Source: Longimicrobiales bacterium (GTDB taxonomy: Bacteria; Gemmatimonadota; Gemmatimonadetes; Longimicrobiales; RSA9). From it: a stretch of 64,000 bases of DNA. The DNA is taken from contig DASVCS010000032.1 in NCBI GenBank assembly GCA_036381495.1, positions 10,448-74,447 of the forward strand, read 5' to 3'. Below, piece by piece: positions 8,932-19,641 of the stretch. A program made the translations under genes and the position numbers. Within the stretch, counting starts at the first letter, position 1. The number at the start of each line of letters is the position of its first letter. Below the pieces are notes generated by a model that ran no database searches, had not been told where the DNA came from, and saw only the letters and a list, made by a program, of their open reading frames with translations.

Positions 8932-9713
8932 GATCTTCCCTCCCCTGCCACCTCGATGTGAACCCGTGCGGGCCCGGCCGCGACGCCTTCGAGCCGCCTG
9001 TCCGTCGCGGTCCGGACCGCGACACCCTCTCCGAGCGCCGCCGATCCGATGGCGGTCCCGGGCAGCAGCGGCACCACCAGCGGGCCATCCTCGCCCAGAG
9101 ATGAGGATCGCCCCGCCGCACTCGGCCAGACCGGACTCGCGCGGCGCTGCGAGCGCGCTGGCGAGCTGGACGGTGCCGGAGTCCGTGGGCGTCACGCGCA
9201 GTTCCCGGACGCCGCCGCGGTCGAGCACGGGGGTAGAGCGCGCGCGGAGCAGTGAAGCATCCGCGTCGTGGACTTCGAGGGTGAGGCGTGGGTCGATCGG
9301 ATCGGACAACCGCCGGGAGACCTGGTAACGCGCCGTGCCCGTGATGGCGACCGGGATCCCCGTGCGCGTGCCCCCCGGCTCGAGCCGCAGCTCGGTGATC
9401 ACGCCAGCCGCGCCGGCGGCCACCGCCTCGGCGACGCGCAGCGCCTGCCCCTCTGCCGCCGCGGCCGGATCGCCGCGGGATGGCGGCCGCGTCGGGGCGA
9501 GCGTCCGCGCGATCGCGGCCCAGGTCTCGAAGGCATCCGGCGCGCGCAACGCCGTCCGTGTCAGACCGGCAGATCCCGCGCCAGCGCCTCCCGCAGCGCC
9601 GTCACCGGCCGCTGCTGCCACGCGCGCACGGAGCCCGCCGGCCCGGCCGCGGCACCCGCGGCGATCGCCGGCGCGTGCAGCGCCAGCGCACCGATGGGCG
9701 CCAGCCGCATCAT
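8932..9713 (-). pseudogene. Disrupted ORF translationally coupled to fliA (unknown, possibly degraded flagellar gene)
   Basis: An ATGATG at 9713 overlaps the fliA TGA and encodes a signal-peptide-like MMRLAPIGALALHAPAIAAGAAA..., which stops after 50 codons (9561). Protein-like sequence continues in another frame, then degenerates into an Arg-rich tract before flgI'. Confidence 0.3.
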
Positions 9714-10483
9714 GAGACCGACTCCTCTCGTAGCGTCGCCAGGCGGTCGCGGAGCGTCCCGATGGCCTTCGATCGGATCTGCGAGACCCGCGATTCGGTC
9801 AGATGCAGGATCTTCGCGATCTGGTGCAGCTTCAGTTCCTCGAAGTAGTAGAGCGAGAGCACCACGCGTTCGCGCTCCTTGAGCGTCAGGATCTCGCGAC
9901 GCAGCAGCTCGAGCTCCTGCGTGCGATTGACATCCTGCTCGATCTGTTCGCCGTCCTCGCCGATCAGGACATCGAGCGGCGTGGTCTGGGTGCCGTCCTC
10001 GGTCTCGAGCGGCCGGTCGAGCGAGACCTGCACCGCCTCCTCCGCATCCTGCTCCCAGCGCCAGAGCTTCTCGACGTCGATCCCCAGCGCCTCGGCCGTC
10101 TCCTTGGCATCCGGCGGCCGGTCGAGCGCACCCATCAACGCCTCGCGCACCGAGTTGATCTGCCGCTGCTTCCGCCGGACCGAGCGCGGCGCGTGGTCCC
10201 ACCGGCGCAGGTCGTCCAGGATCGCGCCCCGGATGCGCGGCGCCGCGAAGGTGCTGAACGCCAGACCACGCGAAGGCTCGAAATTCTCGATCGCCTTGAT
10301 CAGCCCGATCGTGCCGGCGCTCACCAGGTCGTCGAACTCTCGCTCGACGTGTAGCGTCCGCACCAACTGCCTCGCCACGTGGTGGACCAGCCGTAGATGA
10401 CGTGACAGCAGCCGCTCCCGCGCGGCCGGATCACCCTTCTTCTGATATGCCTCCCATAGGGTTGCCGATTCCATGGTCTTCAT
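9710..10483 (-). CDS. fliA: RNA polymerase sigma-28 factor FliA
   Basis: Sigma-70 family regions 2-4 are present (LVHHVARQL, DLVSAGTIGLIKAIENFEP, FSTFAAPRIRGAILD, LHQIAKILHLTESRVSQIRSKAI). It sits in a flagellar context. Start chosen at MKTMES. Confidence 0.9.
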   Translation of the reverse strand: MKTMESATLWEAYQKKGDPAARERLLSRHLRLVHHVARQLVRTLHVEREFDDLVSAGTIGLIKAIENFEPSRGLAFSTFAAPRIRGAILDDLRRWDHAPRSVRRKQRQINSVREALMGALDRPPDAKETAEALGIDVEKLWRWEQDAEEAVQVSLDRPLETEDGTQTTPLDVLIGEDGEQIEQDVNRTQELELLRREILTLKERERVVLSLYYFEELKLHQIAKILHLTESRVSQIRSKAIGTLRDRLATLREESVS

Positions 10484-10487
10484 CCCT

Positions 10488-10847
10488 TCACCTGGGGGAT
10501 CCAAGTGGGCCGGCCGACCCAAGCCCGGCGAAACTGTGAACGGCGAGCACACGCTCCCCGATGGCGCTTACCGCGACGGGCAGCGGCGAACCCGCTTCGG
10601 CCTCCTGCACGGTCCCACCCGCGTCGATCGCTGCGCGAAGCCCCGGATCATCCGGGAGCGCACCGCCGAACCCGATCTCGCGCGCCAGGAAATGCCGCAC
10701 CCCCTCGCCCCCGCCAAGGGTCACGCCCTCCTCCCGGCCCACTGCCGCTTCGGCTCCGCCCTCGCGCATCACCACGCTCATCCGGTTGTCGAATCGGTGA
10801 ATTTCCGCTGCTCCGGCGCGCTCACCGCTTGGCAGACTCCGTACCAC
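10488..10847 (-). pseudogene. flhG: flhG (MinD/ParA-type) 3' remnant
   Basis: Only the C-terminal part is recognisable (NR...GVRHFLAREIGFGGALPDDPGLRAAIDAGGTV...AVSAIGERVLA; compare B. subtilis FlhG VNR...[22 protein letters not shown]). There is no P-loop N-terminal half. It ends 5 nt before fliA. Confidence 0.45.
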
Positions 10848-10987
10848 ACGAACGCCGACGGCGACGTGCGTCTATCATCTTGCAATTTCGTTATTTACGA
10901 ACACGCCTCGCGGAGCCGCCGGAACAGCGGACACGTCGTTCGCGCCGGTTCCGGAAGTTTCTGCCGGTCGGAGCCGGCGAGTCTTGC

Positions 10988-11205
10988 CGAGGGAGGGCTG
11001 GGGCCAGGGAGTGCCCGGGAGGGAGTGCGCTGGAGGGGCGGACGGGGCCGGAAACGGCTGGGAGCTGGATGGGAACGGCCGGGAACGGGAGCGGGAGCGG
11101 GAACGTTTACGTTTACGGGGTCGGGAAGCGGGTCGCGCACGCGCTCGCGCTCGCGCACGGAACGGGGTCCGGAGGGGCTGGGAACTGTCGGGAGCGAGAG
11201 CGTCT
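10988..11205 (+). repeat. G-tract modular repeat element, copy R1
   Basis: (GGGCTG)-type tract at 10990-11012. Shared modules gagtgcccggga, gggagctggatgggaacggccggg and the core gggagcgggagcgggaacgtttacgtttacgggg (11087-11120), then cgcgcacgcgctcgcgctcgcgcacgg and ggaggggctggg. Alignable to R2 and to the reverse complement of R3. Confidence 0.75.
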
Positions 11206-11237
11206 ATGCGGACGGATCTGGCGGCCGACGCCGTCGC

Positions 11238-12647
<1,410 letters not shown>

Positions 12648-12783
12648 GAGTTGATCGGCCGGAATACGGAGCCCGGATTCGAGTGCTCAACTTCCGATCA
12701 GACCGCCACGATACTCCGCATTGTACTTGGTATCGACGCCGCCCGCAACGGGTGTCTGACGCAAACCTTTACAGTCGGGCCCG

Positions 12784-13580
12784 GTGAGGATCACCAACAA
12801 CGGACTCCAGCGAGAGGCGCTCGCGAATTGCCAGCGCGGTCTCGCGGAGATCGACGAGATCCGGGAACGCGTTGCCAGTGGCACGCGGATCCGGCAGCCA
12901 TCGGATGACCCGATCGCCGCCGGCGCGGTCCTGCGCACGGATGGACGCCTGCGGGCGCTCGAGCAGTACCGCCGGAACATCGATGCCGCGCGCGTCCGTG
13001 CCTCCGCTGAGGAGAACGTGCTCGAGCAGCTCACGGGGCTGCTCACGCGTGCGCGAGAGCTGGCCGTCGGTCAGGCGGATGCCACCGCCACTGCCGAGAC
13101 GCGGGCGGCCGCGCGCCGTGAGGTGGACGAGTTGCTCGCCACGGTCGTTCAGCTCGGCAACACGCGTTTCCAGGGGAGCTACCTCTTCGGCGGCGCCTTC
13201 GCCGATGCGGAACCCTTCGATGCGACGGGCGCGACGGATCCCGCCCATCCGCCCGTCGGCGACTACCGCGTCGAGGTCGCGGCCGGGCAGCTCGTGCGGG
13301 CGCACCACGATGGACAGACGGTCTTTGTCGACAGCGGCATCATCTCGGCGCTCCAGGACCTGTCCGCGGCGCTCGATGCCGACGACGATGCGGGCGTGAA
13401 GGCGGCGATTTCCGCCGTGGATGACGCGTTCGGCGCCGTCCAGACGCTCACGGGCGAGATCGGGCCGCGCTGGATGTGGCTGCGGCCAACGTCGAGGCGT
13501 GGGACGTCAATCTGCGTACGTTCCGCTCGGACCTCGCCGACGTCGAAGTCGAGGAAGCGATCTCCCGCCTGGTCGAAGGA
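12784..13580 (+). pseudogene. flgL: flgL (hook-associated protein 3), frameshifted and 3'-truncated
   Basis: The N-terminus is MRITNN... with a flagellin_N-like region for 228 codons. Homology then continues in another frame (AALDVAAANVEAWDVNLRTFRSDLADVEVEEAISRLV) after a GGG run at 13462-13464, where GGGG would restore the frame. The last ~25 codons are absent. Confidence 0.65.
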
Positions 13581-13821
13581 CTACGTGGTCGACCTCGGCG
13601 ACGCCGATGTCGCCGGTCTCGGTGCGGCGACGCCCGCCGACATCCTCGTCCTCTCGATCGTCACGCTCCCCGCCACGGCCGGCGATCCGTGCACGGTCAA
13701 CCTCCAGGGCCCGCTCGTGATGCATCTGGCACGCGGACAGGGGCGGCAGGTCGTCTTGAACGAACCCGAATACGGGGTCCGCTGTCCGCTCGATCTCCCG
13801 GCGTCCACCCCCGCGACTTGA
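13581..13821 (+). pseudogene. fliW: fliW 3' remnant (C-terminal half only)
   Basis: DYVVDLGDADVAGLG...ILVLSIVTLPATAGDPCTVNLQGPLVMHLARGQGRQVVLNEPEYGVRCPL matches the second half of FliW (B. subtilis NYEFDLDE...STANLLAPIIVN...AKQVVLHDSSY). There is no N-terminal half and no own start. It abuts the flgL remnant. Confidence 0.6.
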
Positions 13822-13852
13822 ATCACGGTGAGGGGCGCACCCGGGATCGGAG

Positions 13853-14989
13853 CTACCTGACCCGCGCGCCCCCCAGTAGCCGCAGGATCGCCGGCGCGAT
13901 CTGCGGCAACGCCAGGATCTCCTCCGCCGCATCCAGCCGCACCGCCTCCCGTGGCATCCCCCACACCACACTGGTCCGCTCGTCCTGGACCAGCGTCCGC
14001 GCACCGCTCATCCGCAACGCCTTCAACCCTTGCGCCCCATCCGCCCCCATCCCCGTCAGGAGCACGCCGATCGCGTTGCGCCCCGCGCTCCGCGCGACCG
14101 ACAGGAACAGGACGTCGACCGCCGGGCGCTGGTGATGCACCGGCGGGCCATCCTTGATCCGCACGCTGTAACGGGCGCCGTTCTGCTGCACGACCACGTG
14201 GTGGCCGCCCGGCGCGATCAGCGCGAGCCCCGGCACGATCGGGTCGTTGTCGCGCGCCTCGCGCACCTCCATGGCGCAGACCTGGTTCAGCCGCGCCGCG
14301 AACGCCGTCGTGAACTGCCCCGGCATGTGCTGCACGATCACCGTCCCTGGCGCATTCGCCGGGAGCGCCCGCAGGATCGTCTCGATCGCAGCCGGTCCGC
14401 CCGTCGACGCCCCGATCGCCAGCACCTTGTGCGTCGTCACCAGCGGCCGCCGCTCGCTCCGGCGCGACGCCGCGGGAGCGCTCCGCACCCCCGTCGCCGG
14501 TCGCGCGATCCGCGCCGATGCGCCCGCGCGGATCGCCTCGACGAGTCGGCGCGCGTCCTGCGGCGTCGAGTACGCCGAGCCCGGCTTGCTCACCACCTCG
14601 ATGGCGCCGAGCGCCAGTGCACGCACCGCCGCCTCGCTTCCTTCCGGCGCGAGCGAACTCACGATCACGACCGGCATCGGATGGTGCGCCATCAGCTTCT
14701 CGAGGAACGAGAGCCCATCCATCCGCGGCATCTCGATGTCCAGCGTGAGGACGTCCGGCCGGAGCTGCGCGATCTTCTCCCGCGCCACGTACGGATCCGT
14801 CGCGGTGCCCACGACCTCGATGCCATCGTAGCCGGACAGCGTTTCGGTCAGGACCTTCCGCACCAGCGCCGAATCATCGATGATCAGGACGCGGATCACC
14901 CGCTGCGCTCCACTCAGAGGCTCCTGGCGCACGGCCGCACCCGCGCGCACACTCCACCCGCCCTCGCCTGAACGCCGGCGCGCCCGCAT
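13853..14989 (-). CDS. cheB: Chemotaxis methylesterase/deamidase CheB
   Basis: REC domain (VLIIDDSALVR...TLDIEMPRMDG) plus a CheB catalytic domain (GASTGGP, QHMP, GMGADG). The exact start is uncertain. Confidence 0.9.
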   Translation of the reverse strand: MRARRRSGEGGWSVRAGAAVRQEPLSGAQRVIRVLIIDDSALVRKVLTETLSGYDGIEVVGTATDPYVAREKIAQLRPDVLTLDIEMPRMDGLSFLEKLMAHHPMPVVIVSSLAPEGSEAAVRALALGAIEVVSKPGSAYSTPQDARRLVEAIRAGASARIARPATGVRSAPAASRRSERRPLVTTHKVLAIGASTGGPAAIETILRALPANAPGTVIVQHMPGQFTTAFAARLNQVCAMEVREARDNDPIVPGLALIAPGGHHVVVQQNGARYSVRIKDGPPVHHQRPAVDVLFLSVARSAGRNAIGVLLTGMGADGAQGLKALRMSGARTLVQDERTSVVWGMPREAVRLDAAEEILALPQIAPAILRLLGGARVR

Positions 14990-15070
14990 CAGGCGACCTC
15001 CGCACGGCCGCGCCCGAAGCGGCGCCGCCGGATCCCGGCCACCCCGCCACGCCGATGCGCGGACCGACGG

Positions 15071-15898
15071 TCAGCGCCGGTACACCGCGGGCTGCACATA
15101 CCGGTAGTCGTGGGACAACGCCGCGAGGCTCTCCGAATGCCCGACCAGCAGGTAGCCGCCCGGCGCGAGCACGGACCGGAACGCCTCGATGAGACGTTGC
15201 TGCATCGTGCGATCGAAGTAGATCATCACGTTGCGACAGAAGATCACATCGAACGGACCCCGCATCGGCCAGGGGTCGAAGAGGTTGAGCCGCGCGAGTC
15301 GCACGAGCCGGGCTACGCCCGAGCTGACCCGGTAGCGTCGCGGCGAGCGCGGCTGTACGCACGTGAAGTGACGGACGAGGAGGTCGCGCGGCACGTCGGC
15401 CAGCGCCGTCTCATCATAGACGCCCGCCCGGGCAACTGCCAGCACGCGCGTCGAGATGTCCGTCCCCAGGACGCGCACGTCCAGGACATCGCACTCGGGG
15501 ATCGCCTCACGAAGCGTGATCGCGATCGAATACGGCTCCTCTCCCGAGGAGCAGCCGGCGCTCCAGATCCGGATCCGCCGGCGCGCGCGCACCAGTTCGG
15601 GCAGGATCACCTCGCGGAGGTATCGGAAGTGTTGCGGCTCACGGAAGAAACCGGTCTTGTTGGTCGTCATCGCGTCGATGAGTTCGGCCAGTTCGCGCCC
15701 CGTCGGGTCGTCGCGCAACAGACCGAAGTATGCATCGAAGCTCGGAAGCCCGAGTTCCCGGATGCGACGCACCAGTCGCGTCCGGACCAGTTCCCTCTTC
15801 CCACGCCGCAACGTGATCCCGCACAGGCGGTAGATCAGGCTGCGGACCATCTCGAACTGCTCGGGGGTCAGCTCGAAGGGCGTCGATTCGGCCAGCAT
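15071..15898 (-). CDS. cheR: Chemotaxis methyltransferase CheR
   Basis: CheR N-terminal helical domain plus a SAM-dependent methyltransferase domain (TNKTGFFREPQHF, IRIWSAGCSSGEEPYS, FCRNVMIYFD). Start chosen at MLAES. Confidence 0.9.
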   Translation of the reverse strand: MLAESTPFELTPEQFEMVRSLIYRLCGITLRRGKRELVRTRLVRRIRELGLPSFDAYFGLLRDDPTGRELAELIDAMTTNKTGFFREPQHFRYLREVILPELVRARRRIRIWSAGCSSGEEPYSIAITLREAIPECDVLDVRVLGTDISTRVLAVARAGVYDETALADVPRDLLVRHFTCVQPRSPRRYRVSSGVARLVRLARLNLFDPWPMRGPFDVIFCRNVMIYFDRTMQQRLIEAFRSVLAPGGYLLVGHSESLAALSHDYRYVQPAVYRR

Positions 15899-16008
15899 CG
15901 TGCGGAACTCGGGAGGCGGGGATCGAGGCGCGGGGCGCACGCCGGCGCCCCGATGGTCGCCCGCCGCGCGGCGCCGTGCCGTCGCGGCGAGCGGAGCCCC
16001 GCGTGGGC

Positions 16009-18474
16009 TCAGAATTCCTTCAGGATCGCCTCGTCCTCGTTGAACGGAATCAGACGGCGGGACTCATCCGCCGCTTGCCCGTTGCGCCCCCGCGCCGACG
16101 TCCCACGGCGCGTGCGCCGCGCCTCCTCCATCGGCAGCCTCCCCGCCGGTCCCCCGCTCGCCACCCTCGTTTCGCTGCGCTCCGCAAGGCGGAACTCGGC
16201 AACGAGCCGGCGCATCCCCTCCGCCTGACGACTCAACCCGTCCGCCGCACTCGCGCTCTCCTCCGAGTTCGCCGCCGTCTGCTGCGTCAGCGAGTTCATC
16301 TGCTCCACCGCCACGTTGATCTGTTCCACTCCCTGACTCTGCTGCTCACTCGCCGCCGCGATCTCCGCCATCACCTCGCCCACGCGGTTCACCTGCTCGT
16401 CGATCTCTTCCAGGTTCGAGAGCACTTCCTGGTTCAGCGCGACGCCGCCTTCCGCCTTCGCAACGCTCTCCTCGATCAACTGCGCCGTGTTCTTCGCGGC
16501 TTCCGCGCTCCGCATGGCCAGGTTCCGCACCTCCTCCGCGACCACCGCGAAGCCCTTCCCGGCCTCACCCGCCCGCGCCGCTTCGACTGCCGCGTTCAGC
16601 GCCAGCAGATTCGTCTGGAACGCGATCTCATCGATCGTCTTCACGATCTTCGCCGTCGCGTCGCTGCTCGCCTTGATCTCCTCGACCGCCGTCGAGAGGC
16701 GACGCATGCTGCCGACACCGCGCCCCGCGCTCTCCCGCGCGCGCTCCGCCAGGCTCCGCGCCTCCTTCGCGTTCGCCGTGTTCTGCTGCGTCATGCTGCT
16801 CAGCTCCTGGAGGCTGCTCGACACCTCCTCGAGCGAGCTGGCCTGCTCCCCCGCCCCTTCCGCCAATGCCTGGCTGCCACGGCTGATCTGCGCACTCGCC
16901 GCCGCCACCTGGTCCGCCGCCGCCGCCACGCCGCTCAACGCCTCGTCCAGACTCTCCAGCGCCGTGTTCAGCGCCTCCTTGATCCGCGCGTGGTCACCCT
17001 CGTACTCACCTTGCATCCGGACGGTCAGGTCCCGCGCCGCCACCCGATCGAGCACCCGTGACGCCTCGTTGATCGGGCCGACCACCGCATCCAGCGTCCG
17101 GTTGATCCCCTCGACGATCGCGCGGTACGCACCCGCGAACTTGTCGGCATTGCCCCGGGTCGCGAGACGCCCCGCCTGCGCCGCCGCGGTCAGACGCGTC
17201 GTCTCCTCCGTCAGTTCGCGCAGCGATGCGGAGATCCGCAGCAACGGCGCCGCGATCTCATCCCCATCGCCGCCATCCGGCCGCTCGTACGTCAGGTCGC
17301 CATCGGCAAAGCGGTACAATGCACCGACCACGTGCTCCTGGAGATTGTCCGCGAACTCATCCATCGTCCGCGCCAGCACCCCGATCTCGTCCTCACGATC
17401 CATCTCGAGACGGTGGCTCAGATCGCCGCCCGACATCTTCTGGATCATGAAGACCACCTTCGACAGCGGCTGCGCGATCCGCGTCGCGCTCATCCACGCC
17501 AGGACCGCCACGCCGCCCGCCACGCACAGCGCCAGCGCCACCAGGAACCACATCAGGTCGGTCGATTCCGCGAACGCCTCGCCCGCATCCTCCGTGACCA
17601 GGACGCCGGCCTTGCCGCCCATGAAGCCGCGGTACCACCCCTCCGTCGCGCCGCCGTTGTCCAGCGCGCCGTAGCTCGCCAATACGGCGTCATCGCCGAA
17701 CAGCGGCTCGACCGTGTAACCCGTCCGCCCCTGCGCCATCTCCGCACCCGCACGACTCCCCTGAATGTCCAGCGTCAAGACCTCGTCAGGATCCGTCGAC
17801 GCGATCACCGTCCCCGCCGGATCCACCACGTACGCCCGGACCGTCTCCTGCCCCTGCGTCGCGAAGTACGACTCGACGTAGTTCAGCACCATCCCCGCGG
17901 TCGCCTGCCAGTCCAGCTCCGCCACGACCACACCCAGGTTCTCGTCCGTCATCGATCGAACCGCGTCCGCGATCAGGATCTGCGGCCGCCCATCCGGACC
18001 CCGTTGCACCGGGCTCAGATACGTCGGCGAGTTCTCCGCGATGCCACCCTGGAACCACGCCGTTCCCACCACGTTCTGTGGCGCGTGCGCCAGCGCCTCC
18101 ACACTGCTCGCCGCCTTCAGCACGCCCTCCCGGTCGTAGACCAGGATCCCCCGGATGAGCCTCGATCGCGCGATCAGGTCCGAGAGCACCGCCTGAACCG
18201 CCGTCGTGTCCCCCATCCCCATCGCCGCCAGAACCAGCTCCGTATTGCTGCCAATGACCTGGATATCCAGCGCACGCTCGTAAATGATCCGGTCGAACCA
18301 GCTCGCCGCCTGATCCGCCACCAACGCGCGGTCGCGCCCCATCCGCTCCTCGAGCGTGCCGCGCATCGTGAACACCGCCATGCCGATCGAGATCGCCAGC
18401 GGCAGCAGGGCGATCGCCAGTGATGTGACCAGCAGCCTGGTACGCAGACTCTTCTTCAAGAGATCGATCATCAT
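16009..18474 (-). CDS. Methyl-accepting chemotaxis protein (large periplasmic sensor, HAMP, extended signalling domain)
   Basis: 821 aa with an N-terminal TM, a ~280-aa extracytoplasmic (Cache-like) region, a second TM, HAMP, and the conserved MCP hairpin ([40 protein letters not shown]). Confidence 0.9.
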   Translation of the reverse strand: MMIDLLKKSLRTRLLVTSLAIALLPLAISIGMAVFTMRGTLEERMGRDRALVADQAASWFDRIIYERALDIQVIGSNTELVLAAMGMGDTTAVQAVLSDLIARSRLIRGILVYDREGVLKAASSVEALAHAPQNVVGTAWFQGGIAENSPTYLSPVQRGPDGRPQILIADAVRSMTDENLGVVVAELDWQATAGMVLNYVESYFATQGQETVRAYVVDPAGTVIASTDPDEVLTLDIQGSRAGAEMAQGRTGYTVEPLFGDDAVLASYGALDNGGATEGWYRGFMGGKAGVLVTEDAGEAFAESTDLMWFLVALALCVAGGVAVLAWMSATRIAQPLSKVVFMIQKMSGGDLSHRLEMDREDEIGVLARTMDEFADNLQEHVVGALYRFADGDLTYERPDGGDGDEIAAPLLRISASLRELTEETTRLTAAAQAGRLATRGNADKFAGAYRAIVEGINRTLDAVVGPINEASRVLDRVAARDLTVRMQGEYEGDHARIKEALNTALESLDEALSGVAAAADQVAAASAQISRGSQALAEGAGEQASSLEEVSSSLQELSSMTQQNTANAKEARSLAERARESAGRGVGSMRRLSTAVEEIKASSDATAKIVKTIDEIAFQTNLLALNAAVEAARAGEAGKGFAVVAEEVRNLAMRSAEAAKNTAQLIEESVAKAEGGVALNQEVLSNLEEIDEQVNRVGEVMAEIAAASEQQSQGVEQINVAVEQMNSLTQQTAANSEESASAADGLSRQAEGMRRLVAEFRLAERSETRVASGGPAGRLPMEEARRTRRGTSARGRNGQAADESRRLIPFNEDEAILKEF

Positions 18475-18516
18475 TTCCGTCCCCGGGAGGTCGGCGCGCG
18501 ACGGGCGCGCCCGCCG

Positions 18517-18939
18517 TCAGTTGCTGTAGACGATCGGCAGCGCGACCATCGTGCGCACCGGTTTCCCGTTCAGCTTGCCGGGAACGAACCGGAGCTGCTT
18601 GGCCACCTCGCGGGCCGCATCACCCAGCGCACTCGCTGTGGCCGCCAGCACCTTGATCGTCTCGGGCTCGACCCGGCCATCCGGCCCGACCACGAACTGA
18701 AGCTGAACCTTCCCCGTGACACCCGCCATGCGCAGCGGCGCCGGGTACGACTCCTTGATCAGAGCCCTCGCGCGAGCCTCCGACTCGAAGGTGGGCAGCG
18801 ACGTCAGCTCGGACGGACTGTAGATCGGCGCCGCCTGCGCCCACGCGGGCTCATGCGCGAGCAACAGCAACGAAACCGCGATGATGGCCGGAAACCACCA
18901 TCGCAAAATTTCACACCGATCCACCGTTCCGTGCTTCAT
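18517..18939 (-). CDS. TonB C-terminal-domain protein (secreted)
   Basis: 140 aa with a signal/TM segment and a TonB_C-like fold (YPAPLRMAGVTGKVQLQFVVGPDGRVE...ALGDAAREVAKQLRFVPGKLNGKPV). AGGAGG lies upstream of the ATG. There is no proline-rich spacer. Confidence 0.7.
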   Translation of the reverse strand: MKHGTVDRCEILRWWFPAIIAVSLLLLAHEPAWAQAAPIYSPSELTSLPTFESEARARALIKESYPAPLRMAGVTGKVQLQFVVGPDGRVEPETIKVLAATASALGDAAREVAKQLRFVPGKLNGKPVRTMVALPIVYSN

Positions 18940-18976
18940 CCATTCCTCCTGTGTTCTGCACTGCTTTCCGCACCCA

Positions 18977-19004
18977 GTATCGGACGCGCCGGGCCCGGAC
19001 TTTA
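18977..19004 (-). promoter_or_regulatory. Sigma-28 promoter upstream of the TonB_C gene / MCP
   Basis: The minus strand reads TAAAGTCC-N12-TCCGATAC. It has the same architecture and 12-nt spacing as the flgM and cheA promoters and lies ~38 nt upstream of the ATG. Confidence 0.55.
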
Positions 19005-19068
19005 TAAAAATTTCCCCCGGACTTCGTACAAAACTTTCACCACCATGGCGGACCGCCGCCGCACCGCG

Positions 19069-19641
19069 TCACGACTCCGCCTCAGCCGATGATGCCGCCT
19101 GCACCGCCTGCAACGCCGTCACTTCGCTCTTCTCGAGGACGCGTTCGATGTCGAGGAGCAGCCGGACCTTCCCGGCCGTCTTCGCGATGCCGAGCAGGTA
19201 TTCCGTTGTCACGCCACTGCCGAAACTCGGCGCATCCTCGATCTCCGCCGCCGGGATGTCGACCACCTCCGATACGCGGTCGACCATCAGCCCCATCTGC
19301 ACGCCCGTCACCTCGACGACGATCATGCACTGTTCGCGCGATTCCTCGCCCGGCGGCATCCCGAGCTTCAGCCGCAGGTCCACGATCGGGATCACCCGCC
19401 CCCGCAGGTTGATGACGCCGCGGATGAACTCGGGAACGCGGGGCACCCGCGTGATCGGGAGGCGTCCGATGATCTCCTGCACGTTGAGGATCCCGACGCC
19501 GTACTCCTCGTCGCCCAGCGAGAACGTCAGGAACTTGCCCGCAATCGCCTCTTTCGCGACGGTCTCCTGGCTCGTGGCCGTTTCGCTCATGAGTTCGTCC
19601 CCCGTGCCTGAGGCGGCGGCGCGACTCCGGCGCGGCATCAT
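19069..19641 (-). CDS. cheW: Chemotaxis coupling protein CheW
   Basis: CheW domain (KFLTFSLGDEEYGVGILNVQEIIG...IRGVINLRGRVIPIVDLR). An ATGATG at 19641 overlaps the cheA TGA. An alternative start is at 19590. Confidence 0.85.
   Translation of the reverse strand: MMPRRSRAAASGTGDELMSETATSQETVAKEAIAGKFLTFSLGDEEYGVGILNVQEIIGRLPITRVPRVPEFIRGVINLRGRVIPIVDLRLKLGMPPGEESREQCMIVVEVTGVQMGLMVDRVSEVVDIPAAEIEDAPSFGSGVTTEYLLGIAKTAGKVRLLLDIERVLEKSEVTALQAVQAASSAEAES

Noticed and set aside
10871-10905. AT-rich island tested as a sigma-28 (TAAATAAC-N10-GATGATAG) or sigma-70 (TTGCAA) promoter for fliA.
   Set aside because: The matches are partial and the spacing is off. It is mentioned only as context in the flhG-remnant finding.
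12687-12714. TCAACTTC-N12-CACGATAC upstream of flgL as a sigma-28 promoter.
   Set aside because: Only about 5/8 matches in each element, and it lacks the CCGA core shared by the three good sites. Too weak to call.
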